Assembly: GCA_028717025.1 (NCBI GenBank)
Contig: JAQUOR010000001.1
Span: 1-36,154 of the forward strand
Reading direction: 5' to 3'
Length of the DNA: 36,154 bases
Source of the DNA: Candidatus Omnitrophota bacterium
GTDB taxonomy: Bacteria; Omnitrophota; Gorgyraeia; Duberdicusellales; 4484-171
The position numbers were made by a program, and so were the translations under genes. Shown piece after piece: positions 17,294 through 25,280 of the stretch. The number at the start of each line of letters is the position of its first letter. Position 1 is the stretch's first letter. The notes beneath the pieces were generated by a model that saw only the letters and a program-made list of their open reading frames with translations, searched no databases and was not told where the DNA came from.

Positions 17294-19147
17294 CTACGTC
17301 AGCCGCTTTATTTCATCTATTTTTTCTTTTGCCGCTGCTTCCCCGCGCGCCATAAACTCTTTGATTTTTTCAAACTCCATCCACCCTAAACCTTCGAAGT
17401 TAGGGTGCACGACGACGTCAGCAATACCTAATGCCTGCTGGACAAATTCACGCTGCATCGTTTCGATACTGCCGAAAATAAAATCAAATACATGTAACTT
17501 ATTATGTCTTTGGTATTCTTTATGAATTTCTTCCCGGGAGGGAGTGATATTAACCGCGATGATCCTGTCAACCCCGTAGTTTAAGAGTATTTTTGTGGGC
17601 AGCGGATTTAGAATGCCTCCGTCTAAAAGAATATCTTCTTTAAAGGTTACCGGCTCAAAAATTCCCGGCATCGCGCAGCTTGCCGCGACCGCTTTGTAGA
17701 GTGGTCCCTCCTCGAGCACGATAATTTCTTTTTTAGCAAAGTCAAAGGCTACGATTTTAAGCATCCGCTTTAAATCGTAGAACGTTTTATTACCGAAAAT
17801 CTTCTTGCAGATGCTCTCAAGTCGCTTGGAACGTATTACCCCCTTAAAGGGGAAAGAGATTCCGGAGAAAGAACTTGTTTTTCTCCCAAACTCCTGCGCC
17901 AGCGGCGCAATATCTTTTGGCTCATAACCCAGCGCCCAGAGCGTTGCGATAACAGAGCCCATGCTTGAACCGCAAATGATATCAATGGTAATGTTATGCT
18001 CCGCAAACGCCTTAAGCACTCCTATGTGTGCATATCCAAAGGCAGCGCCGCTGCCTAAGGCTAAACCCGTAATCACATCGCCGATGTCGCGGCTGATTCT
18101 GCGTAATACTTTTGCGTACGCATCGGTGCTGGCCGAGGGAAGTGTTGCATACACGGGGTGATTGAGCAGGCTTCGTTTTTGAGTATACGTTATGTTATCA
18201 CGGCTGCCAAACTCGTTAATCACCACTTTTATTTTTTCCCGAATCAGAGAGTTTTTACTTTCCAAATCACTTATCAGGATACCGGCCCTACGTAACTCTT
18301 CTATTTGCGGGAAAAGAACAAAATGGATAGAGTCTGCAAGCGAAATAAAATCGTCAAAATAACTATCCCAAAAATAGTAAGGGATCTCATAAAGAATAAA
18401 GTGATGACTCTCGCAAAGACAATTAAGAAGAGCGGAAAAATTTCCCGGCGAGGTAACTTTAAGAAGCAGATAATCCACTGCGTCATTAACAATTGCCCCC
18501 GAGACCGTCGCTTCGGAAAATTCATTTAATGACATGGACTGCATATCCCGCTTTGCCAGATACGGCAGTATAAAATTGTTGCTGGAAGATACCTCGATAC
18601 AGATAACTTTTTTCCCGGTTTCTTCTTTAATTTTTAATGCAAGATTATGGAGGTAGGTCGTCTTCCCTGCTGAAGGGAACCCTATAACGCCGATACGCTT
18701 GACTCGAAATATTTTCTTAGGCTTTTCTTGCGTTTTTGCCCTTACGCGCTGTGTAAGCATACGCGAAAAGTCCAAAGAGATTGTCGGGTGCTTGTTTATA
18801 AAACCCTTAAATTCTTCTTTCCCCACTCGCAGAACAAAGGAGTTTTCGATTGCTTTGGTAGTTACTGAATGCGGCTCATCGGTAAAAATCGAAATAATGC
18901 CAAACGACGTACCCCGCTTTAAGAGATCTATTTCCGATTCGTACACCCCCTGGCGGGTCAGTGCCACGATTCTTCCTTTAAGCAGGAAATAGAAATAGTC
19001 GGGTGCATCACCTTGTGTATAGATAATTTCGCCGTTTTTGTATTCTTTGACTTCGCAGAGTACCAAAAATGCATCGATTTCTTCCGGGGTAAGTTTATTG
19101 AACGTCGGGGTATTATTGAGGATGAGCTTGATTTCGTTTTTATCCAT
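17294..19147 (-). CDS. three-domain protein: cNMP-binding-like domain + SIMIBI-type P-loop domain + patatin-like phospholipase
   Basis: N-terminal CAP_ED-like fold (EYKNGEIIYTQGDAPDYFYFLLKGRI..FGIISIF). Central Walker A GFPSAGKTT. C-terminal patatin motifs GLALGSGAAFG (oxyanion), GSSMG (GxSxG) and DGGILNPLP (catalytic Asp). Confidence 0.85.
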   Translation of the reverse strand: MDKNEIKLILNNTPTFNKLTPEEIDAFLVLCEVKEYKNGEIIYTQGDAPDYFYFLLKGRIVALTRQGVYESEIDLLKRGTSFGIISIFTDEPHSVTTKAIENSFVLRVGKEEFKGFINKHPTISLDFSRMLTQRVRAKTQEKPKKIFRVKRIGVIGFPSAGKTTYLHNLALKIKEETGKKVICIEVSSSNNFILPYLAKRDMQSMSLNEFSEATVSGAIVNDAVDYLLLKVTSPGNFSALLNCLCESHHFILYEIPYYFWDSYFDDFISLADSIHFVLFPQIEELRRAGILISDLESKNSLIREKIKVVINEFGSRDNITYTQKRSLLNHPVYATLPSASTDAYAKVLRRISRDIGDVITGLALGSGAAFGYAHIGVLKAFAEHNITIDIICGSSMGSVIATLWALGYEPKDIAPLAQEFGRKTSSFSGISFPFKGVIRSKRLESICKKIFGNKTFYDLKRMLKIVAFDFAKKEIIVLEEGPLYKAVAASCAMPGIFEPVTFKEDILLDGGILNPLPTKILLNYGVDRIIAVNITPSREEIHKEYQRHNKLHVFDFIFGSIETMQREFVQQALGIADVVVHPNFEGLGWMEFEKIKEFMARGEAAAKEKIDEIKRLT

Positions 19148-19164
19148 ATTTGTACTTTCTTACC

Positions 19165-20370
19165 TTAAATTTCTACTTTATTGTGCGCAGCGATTTTTGC
19201 ATATTCGAGCGCAAAAGGACGCACTGAACGCTCAAATGTGCCGTAGTCAATGTTGGCCAAGCCAAAGCGCTCCTTAAATCCTTTATCCCACTCGAAATTA
19301 TCCATAAGCGCCCACCAGAAATACCCTCGTATATCAACGCCATCCTTCAGTGCCCGCGCAACGGCCTGTACATGCGTCATCATATACTCGCGATAGTCGG
19401 TATTTTTTTCTTCAGTAGAGCCATTTTCGGTAACGATAACGGGCAGGTTGAATTTCTTAAGACGCATCAATAATTCATAGAGCCCTTGCGGATACACGTA
19501 CCAACCCACATGATTCCTTCTTTCACGATGATCAGTATGTGCACACTCCCTTCCGGCAAACCCATCGAACTGGACATATTCCCTACAATAATAATTGATT
19601 CCGACAAAATCCATGCAGTGCTTATTGTGCAAGCGTTCAAGCAATTGCATGTTAAAGAGCTTATCACGTACAAATGCGGCAACGTCATTTAAACCGAAAC
19701 TAAAATGCGGGCAGCCAGAGAACACCCTTAGATGTTTGCTTATCGACACCTGGCAGGGCGTTTGAGCGTATATCCGCTTTATTTCCTGATAGGCGGTAAT
19801 GTACGCGCTGGTCATATTGGCTAATACTTTCTGGGCAACAGTCAAAGAGTGCGTACCCGGAGGCCAATTCCCTCTTACAAAACCGTTATAAATATAGACT
19901 AACGGTTCGTTGAATATTATCCAGTATTCTACCTTGTTTTTGAAGGCGGATGCTATGGTCCTGACATACTCAAGAAAAAAATCGATATTCGATGCAGTAA
20001 GCCATCCGCCTTTTTGGATAAACCAAAGTGGATTGGTAAAATGGTGCAGGCTCACCAGGGGCTTAAGTCCTAATGCAGCCAATGTATTGATAACCTCAAT
20101 ATAGTGGTTAAGCTCATGGTGTGCTATTGTGCCGGGCGCAGGATATATACGGGCCCATTCGAAAGAGATACGCAAGGAATTAAGATTAAGCTGACGAGCC
20201 AGACGGAAGTCTTCTTTAAATAGGGAGTAGTGATCGCACGCTTTGCCTGCGGTCTGCAATTTTTTTTCTTTTTCCCACGCTGCCCAGTCAGAATCAAAAT
20301 TTCCGCCTTCTGCCTGATAGCTGGAAAGGGCTGCTCCCCATAAGAAAAGCTGAGGAAAATGTATTACCAT
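19165..20370 (-). CDS. glycoside hydrolase family 1 (beta-glucosidase-like)
   Basis: Motifs seen: FLWGAALSSYQAEGG, acid/base motif IIFNEP and nucleophile motif VTENG. ATG 20370 is taken as the start because the track start at 20373 is a TTG. At 401 aa it is shorter than typical GH1 enzymes. Confidence 0.85.
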   Translation of the reverse strand: MVIHFPQLFLWGAALSSYQAEGGNFDSDWAAWEKEKKLQTAGKACDHYSLFKEDFRLARQLNLNSLRISFEWARIYPAPGTIAHHELNHYIEVINTLAALGLKPLVSLHHFTNPLWFIQKGGWLTASNIDFFLEYVRTIASAFKNKVEYWIIFNEPLVYIYNGFVRGNWPPGTHSLTVAQKVLANMTSAYITAYQEIKRIYAQTPCQVSISKHLRVFSGCPHFSFGLNDVAAFVRDKLFNMQLLERLHNKHCMDFVGINYYCREYVQFDGFAGRECAHTDHRERRNHVGWYVYPQGLYELLMRLKKFNLPVIVTENGSTEEKNTDYREYMMTHVQAVARALKDGVDIRGYFWWALMDNFEWDKGFKERFGLANIDYGTFERSVRPFALEYAKIAAHNKVEI

Positions 20371-20401
20371 CAATTAAATCAACTAAAGGTGAAGCTGTAT
20401 C

Positions 20402-20803
20402 TTAAGAAACATTGGAAAGAATGTCCAGTACCTTATTGTTATTGCTTGAAGAAAGAATAAGGATAGCTGAGCCATTCACCTGAGCTGCAGTCCCGTACAT
20501 ACGCATAAGGTCGATACCAGCCTCTTTTAAGCGGGAGACAAGCTGCGCTAACTGCCCAACCCGATCCGGCATTTCTACAATAATTACTTCTTTGCTTTCC
20601 GCGGTGCCTAAGTTGCGCAACACTTCTTTGGTGCCGATATTATCTGAAGTAACCAGATGAAAATAAGCTTTAGAACCAACTACGTAGGCACTGATTGCCC
20701 GTATATTGATGCTTTTTTCGGTAATTACCGTGGCAATTGCGGCGAGCAGCCCCTCCTTGTTCTCTGTGGATAGAAGAATCTCTTCGCCTTTTACAGCCTT
20801 CAT
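20402..20803 (-). CDS. tandem ACT-domain protein
   Basis: 133 aa with two ACT-like beta-alpha-beta-beta-alpha-beta units (ENKEGLLAAIATVITEKSINI.. and MPDRVGQLAQLVSRLKEAGIDL..). AAGGAGG RBS. Confidence 0.75.
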   Translation of the reverse strand: MKAVKGEEILLSTENKEGLLAAIATVITEKSINIRAISAYVVGSKAYFHLVTSDNIGTKEVLRNLGTAESKEVIIVEMPDRVGQLAQLVSRLKEAGIDLMRMYGTAAQVNGSAILILSSSNNNKVLDILSNVS

Positions 20804-21088
20804 ATGTGCCTCCTTTTATATAGATACGGATATATGCGCCTGCCGGCAAGGCAGGGAGTTGAACGCGGATAGACACAGAACCTTAAGCGTAAATCCACGC
20901 ATGTTACCGCGGGAATCCGCTTCTAAAGTCTCATTTCACATCCGAGACAACGTTGCTGATGATATCTGATGATAAGCGCTCGTTATATATAGGAACAATG
21001 CGCTCTTTTTTGACTCGGTTAAAAGGCAAGAAACTTTTCGCAGGTATGCTTTTAGACGCAACAATAACGTGTAACGTACCTATTAATT

Positions 21089-21127
21089 ATTTACCCTGCC
21101 GGAAAAAATCCGGCAGGGTAAATTTTT
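21089..21127. terminator. strong hairpin with T-run on the plus strand, downstream of the DUF2934 gene
   Basis: The arms TACCCTGCCGG (21092-21102) and CCGGCAGGGTA (21110-21120) are extendable to 14 bp. TTTTT follows on the plus strand, and only ATAATTAAT follows on the minus strand. Confidence 0.5.
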
Positions 21128-21164
21128 GATCGCTACTTTTTTTAAAAAGCTAAAAAATGATTAG

Positions 21165-21350
21165 CTATTTGCACTTCGAGCGAATTTCTTTTTCAGCCTG
21201 GAGCCAAATTGTCAGATCCTGGCCCTTAGGCTTACCTTTGCTTTCCCACAGGTAATACGCTCTGTCTCTGATCATTTGGGCTAATTTTGCATTGTCACAG
21301 CATGCAGAACTTTTCGAACTTGTGCTTTTTGAATTTCTTACGAATCCCAT
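21165..21350 (-). CDS. DUF2934-family small protein
   Basis: 61 aa. The motif IRDRAYYLWESKGKPKGQDLTIWLQAEKEI matches the DUF2934 signature. GGAGG RBS. Confidence 0.75.
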   Translation of the reverse strand: MGFVRNSKSTSSKSSACCDNAKLAQMIRDRAYYLWESKGKPKGQDLTIWLQAEKEIRSKCK

Positions 21351-21416
21351 GACCCACCTCCTCTTCTTATCACTGCAGCCTTTCGGCCGTTTCTTTAAAA
21401 AAACACACCTCTTACG

Positions 21417-23453
21417 CTACTCAATAGGCTCTACGAATAACGATAGCCCGAATGTATTTCTACTTTTTGCAATAAAAAGAACGGATATTTCCTGGTATAC
21501 CCGCTCAAACCCCGACTCGGAAGATGAGACTGAATATACCGGCATCGTAAAAATCTGTGTTTTATCGCAGTGAAACGTAAGTAATATTTTCTTATGGTAG
21601 TCAATGATGCTGAACTCTTCAGTTTCAGCCCAGGCACGCGCCGTAGCAAGCGTAACGTCACCCTTCTTCTCTTTCCGGTAAATATCATTGAACGATGGTA
21701 GAGACAAATTAAATTCTACACCAAATTGATGATTATTCAAGGCATTTTTTTTATTGAACGTATAGAGCGTTTTAAAACCCGGGAGGTTTGAAAACTCTAT
21801 AACCTTCGAAAAATCAAGGTCTTTTCCCGCGTAATGGCAGGAAAGCTTAACCCCTCCCTTACCCTTACTGGCTTTAACATCGTAAAGATCGTTTCCCAAA
21901 GACAACATCCCCCGCTGGTAGTTAAAACCATCGAGGCTAAAATTACGGTCCAAAAGGTGGTCAACGAGCCCGTGGCGTTCATAGCTGTCATAGATAAGGA
22001 ATTTATCCAGATCATTTTCTTTTTGCTTGACTACGTCATGAATGGTGGCATGTTCGTTAGCCTCCTGCGTAACGTGCGCTCTTATTTTTGCATGATAAGA
22101 TTCCTCTTGCCTGGTAATAGTATTAAGGAGATTGAACGCCGGGTCGCGCAAGCTTAATTCCAGAAAACTTGCCCCCCGGCGGCTTAAAGAACAGATCATT
22201 TTTGAATTTTTAACGATTATCTCGTTATTACCGTCTAAATCGATATCTTCTTCTTCGAATGCTACCGCGCCTTTGTGTTTGCTATCGAGCAGGTTTTCTG
22301 CGGCAATAAGGTTTCTATACACCGCCTCGCGAATATGGTTTAAATAAAAACCGCCAAAAATACCGTGCCAATAGCCGCAATTGGTCTGCGCTTTCCATAA
22401 ACTTTTAAGCGCTTCTTTGGGCGCAGCTTGTTGCGCAGCATGCACCTTTCTGCTTAAAGAAAGCATCCGTTTATGCATGTAGTTAAGACGACTGTATTTG
22501 CGGTAGAAATTCCTGAAATAGCCGCCGCGTAAATATGCACTTGCCTCGACGTCACGGCCGTTGTTTTTTAAAAATTCTTTTAAGTCATCGAACGCTGCGG
22601 CGGCTTGGGGCTCAAGGACCCATTCGCCCATTTCTTCGTAAGAGGCAGTCGGTAAATAAACCAGGCCTTGCGAGGAAAATTTTAAAAGTGCCTGGCCAGG
22701 CGTAATGGTTTCAATAGTGTCGGAATCCTGCAGCATCGTAAAGAATTTCTTAAGCCACTCTTTCTCGTATACCCATTCGTAGGTATTGGGCCAGAGACCG
22801 AATTTTTCCCCATCATCAAACAACGTTACCAGCACGTCTTCTTCGCCGGCAAAGCCGTTTAAAAGCTCAATTGCTTCATGGGCCTGCGAAAAAGGAACCT
22901 TATAGCGCAAAGTCTTGCATATTGGAAACACTAAGATAGGCTTAGCGTCATCTTCCGTAGTGTAGTAGCCGAAAAATTCTTTTTGTTTTAAGCCGGCGTA
23001 GCGGAAATGAGTATCATCGAGAAAAGTATATTTAAGACCGGCGTTATGGAGAACCTGCGCCAAATACTGCTCCCAGACTCTCTCGGCAATCCAGATGCCT
23101 TGAGGTTTCTGGGAAAATTCTTTTTTGATGAATTCATTCATCAAGTTTATTTGACCGTATTTATCCTTATCGCAGATCAAAGGCAGTATCGGCTCGTAGT
23201 ACCCTCCGCTGATGATCTCAACCTGGCCGCGTTTAGCCAACTGTTTTAGAACATCAAGATATTCCTTGGCATTTTTAAGCATCCAATCATACAGGGGCCC
23301 TGAATTGTGGACGCTGCATTTTATTTTAGGGAATTGCGAAAGAAGAGAAAGGAAAGGATGATAGCAGTGGTCGTATGCATCTTTGAAAACGTGGTCAAAA
23401 TTTCCTACCGGCTGATGGTTATGAACACCGAAAACTAAATATACTTTACCCAT
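21417..23453 (-). CDS. GH57 alpha-amylase / 4-alpha-glucanotransferase-type enzyme
   Basis: Motifs seen: FGVHNHQPVGNF, nucleophile region GIWIAERVW, acid/base region FDDGEKFG, and a long C-terminal beta domain as in Thermococcus-type 4-alpha-glucanotransferases. Confidence 0.85.
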   Translation of the reverse strand: MGKVYLVFGVHNHQPVGNFDHVFKDAYDHCYHPFLSLLSQFPKIKCSVHNSGPLYDWMLKNAKEYLDVLKQLAKRGQVEIISGGYYEPILPLICDKDKYGQINLMNEFIKKEFSQKPQGIWIAERVWEQYLAQVLHNAGLKYTFLDDTHFRYAGLKQKEFFGYYTTEDDAKPILVFPICKTLRYKVPFSQAHEAIELLNGFAGEEDVLVTLFDDGEKFGLWPNTYEWVYEKEWLKKFFTMLQDSDTIETITPGQALLKFSSQGLVYLPTASYEEMGEWVLEPQAAAAFDDLKEFLKNNGRDVEASAYLRGGYFRNFYRKYSRLNYMHKRMLSLSRKVHAAQQAAPKEALKSLWKAQTNCGYWHGIFGGFYLNHIREAVYRNLIAAENLLDSKHKGAVAFEEEDIDLDGNNEIIVKNSKMICSLSRRGASFLELSLRDPAFNLLNTITRQEESYHAKIRAHVTQEANEHATIHDVVKQKENDLDKFLIYDSYERHGLVDHLLDRNFSLDGFNYQRGMLSLGNDLYDVKASKGKGGVKLSCHYAGKDLDFSKVIEFSNLPGFKTLYTFNKKNALNNHQFGVEFNLSLPSFNDIYRKEKKGDVTLATARAWAETEEFSIIDYHKKILLTFHCDKTQIFTMPVYSVSSSESGFERVYQEISVLFIAKSRNTFGLSLFVEPIE

Positions 23454-23469
23454 CGTATTTTTGCTTTAC

Positions 23470-23596
23470 AAATCACAATTTCCAAAAACCGAATTCCAAA
23501 TAATATTCAATAGTCAAACTCCAATCATCAAAACAGAAAAATTTTTCATTGAAATTTTGTATTTGGAATTTATTTGGGGCTTGGTATTTGTGATTT
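23470..23596. repeat. 127-nt imperfect inverted repeat built from CCAAAT/ATTTGG and AATCACAA/TTGTGATT words
   Basis: AAATCACAA (23470-23478) pairs with TTGTGATTT (23588-23596). AATTCCAAATA (23492-23502) pairs with TATTTGGAATT (23560-23570). Confidence 0.8.
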
Positions 23597-23605
23597 TGAA
23601 TCTCA

Positions 23606-25171
23606 TCATTTGGTTTGCCCCGGTGAATTCTTACCTAAGAGATGGCATATCTTTTCAACATATAAAAAGAATATGCGCTTAAATTCTCCGCTGAAATCTT
23701 CAAAGGTATTCCACCAGAACCAATCGCTGCCTTCAATCAAATAAAAGTACTGCCGGGCTTCTACTGTTTTCGGGTCGGCTACATTGGCTTTTGCGATCAA
23801 ATCACGGATCCTGCGCAACAAAACCCAATAGGCGTTATTCTTTTTATTGCCGACCCACACGCCGAAATCATTATTGATCCAGGAACCGGGGGCAAGACGT
23901 TCGAGCCGTTTGCTCTCAAATTTATCCAAAAATTCGCTTGGAGTGGTTGTCGTAAGGACGTCGCTTTTTTCAAGCGATGAATACAACGTTTCTAAAAAAT
24001 CGATACCGTTATTCTTGTAATATTCCCAGGCATTTTCGCCATCCATAATGATGGTGATAATTCTCTGGGGATATATGTTTTTAACAAACGCGTGCGTGCG
24101 CTTGAAATGCTCCATAAGATCTCCTGCGGCAAATTTGGAATCTTCCCACCCTTGATAGTTAAAACTGATGATATCGGAAAGATTTCTGTCTCGAAAGAAA
24201 ATATTGACGTCTTTAAACCGGTAAGGCCGATGAATGATGTGCCGTTGATTTCTGATCATATCATAAGAAACATGCTCGGTGGTGAGGCTCTTGAAAAGAA
24301 TACCTTCGTCGGTACCGACCCATTTAAAGCCTGCCCTGTGGTAGAGCGCAATAACGTCTTCGGAAACACTGCCTTCTGACGGCCAGCTCCCGCGAGGCAA
24401 CTCTCCAAAGGCGCGTTTAAAAACATCTTTTGCTTTTTCCAAATGCCAGAAACAATCCGGCGGTGCGGAAAAACGCGAAAGAGGTTTTTTCAAATACGGG
24501 AATTCGTTTAAAATATCGGTGTCGTAGATAAGCGGCATTATCGGATGATGGTAGGGCGTTACGGTTATCTCGATGCGCCGGGCCCCAAGCAATTTATTGT
24601 AAAGAGGCATGATACGCGACAAGAGTTCGTAGTGTTTCTTTATGATCAATGCCCTGTCGGCCTGTGTGTAATTTTTTTCTTTCGCGATGAGCGCTCGTAC
24701 CTCTCTATCTTCTTTGATGGTGTAAGGATGAAACCAGGCAAGGTTAAAGAGCGCCTGCAAATCGCCATAGTCCTGCGTATTGAAACGACTATGAGACATT
24801 TTTTTATTATAAAGTTGCGAGTATCTGCGGTGAGGACGTATGAAACGATCGTGATTTATCGAGAAAAAACGTTCGATGATGAACTTCTTCTCGTCCGGCT
24901 TTAGATACGCCGGATTCTTAAGGGTAAGTATTGAAAAATAATCCTGGGCATGGTTATTCACATAATCAAGTAATTGTTCAAGGAGTATACCGCTGAAGTT
25001 AAAGCTCACCTTTACCTTATTGAATTTCTCAACGGTACGCGCCATGCCGTAGTAATCTTTGATGCCGTGAAGCCGCACCCATGGTAAGACGTAGTAATCC
25101 TTATCGGGGGATTTATAGCAGGGTTGGTGCATGTGCCATAAGAAAATTACGTTTGTAGGTGATTTTTTCAT
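23606..25171 (-). CDS. GH57 family glycoside hydrolase (amylopullulanase/alpha-amylase-like clade, specificity unknown)
   Basis: Motifs seen: FLWHMHQPCY, LPWVRLHGIKDYY, nucleophile region GSWPSEGSVS and acid/base region IMDGENAWEY. Confidence 0.8.
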   Translation of the reverse strand: MKKSPTNVIFLWHMHQPCYKSPDKDYYVLPWVRLHGIKDYYGMARTVEKFNKVKVSFNFSGILLEQLLDYVNNHAQDYFSILTLKNPAYLKPDEKKFIIERFFSINHDRFIRPHRRYSQLYNKKMSHSRFNTQDYGDLQALFNLAWFHPYTIKEDREVRALIAKEKNYTQADRALIIKKHYELLSRIMPLYNKLLGARRIEITVTPYHHPIMPLIYDTDILNEFPYLKKPLSRFSAPPDCFWHLEKAKDVFKRAFGELPRGSWPSEGSVSEDVIALYHRAGFKWVGTDEGILFKSLTTEHVSYDMIRNQRHIIHRPYRFKDVNIFFRDRNLSDIISFNYQGWEDSKFAAGDLMEHFKRTHAFVKNIYPQRIITIIMDGENAWEYYKNNGIDFLETLYSSLEKSDVLTTTTPSEFLDKFESKRLERLAPGSWINNDFGVWVGNKKNNAYWVLLRRIRDLIAKANVADPKTVEARQYFYLIEGSDWFWWNTFEDFSGEFKRIFFLYVEKICHLLGKNSPGQTK

Positions 25172-25205
25172 CTGTGAATTATAAATTTATAAGCGTTGAT
25201 TTCCA

Positions 25206-25244
25206 CTAATTAAAAACGCGAATTACCGCTAATATATTCGCGTT
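25206..25244 (-). terminator. intrinsic terminator after the GH57 branching-enzyme gene
   Basis: On the minus strand AACGCGAAT-ATATTAGCGGTA-ATTCGCGTT forms a 9-bp stem (plus-strand 25215-25244) and is followed by TTTAATT. Confidence 0.6.
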
Positions 25245-25280
25245 CATTCGCGCTCTTTAAAATTCGCGGCGATTCGCGTT

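Noticed and set aside
17294-19147. CBASS-type CapV patatin effector or another anti-phage system.
   Set aside because: No CD-NTase/cyclase, no other defence genes and no mobile-element context are adjacent. The cNMP-domain plus patatin architecture is more simply explained as an NTE-like housekeeping or regulatory lipase.
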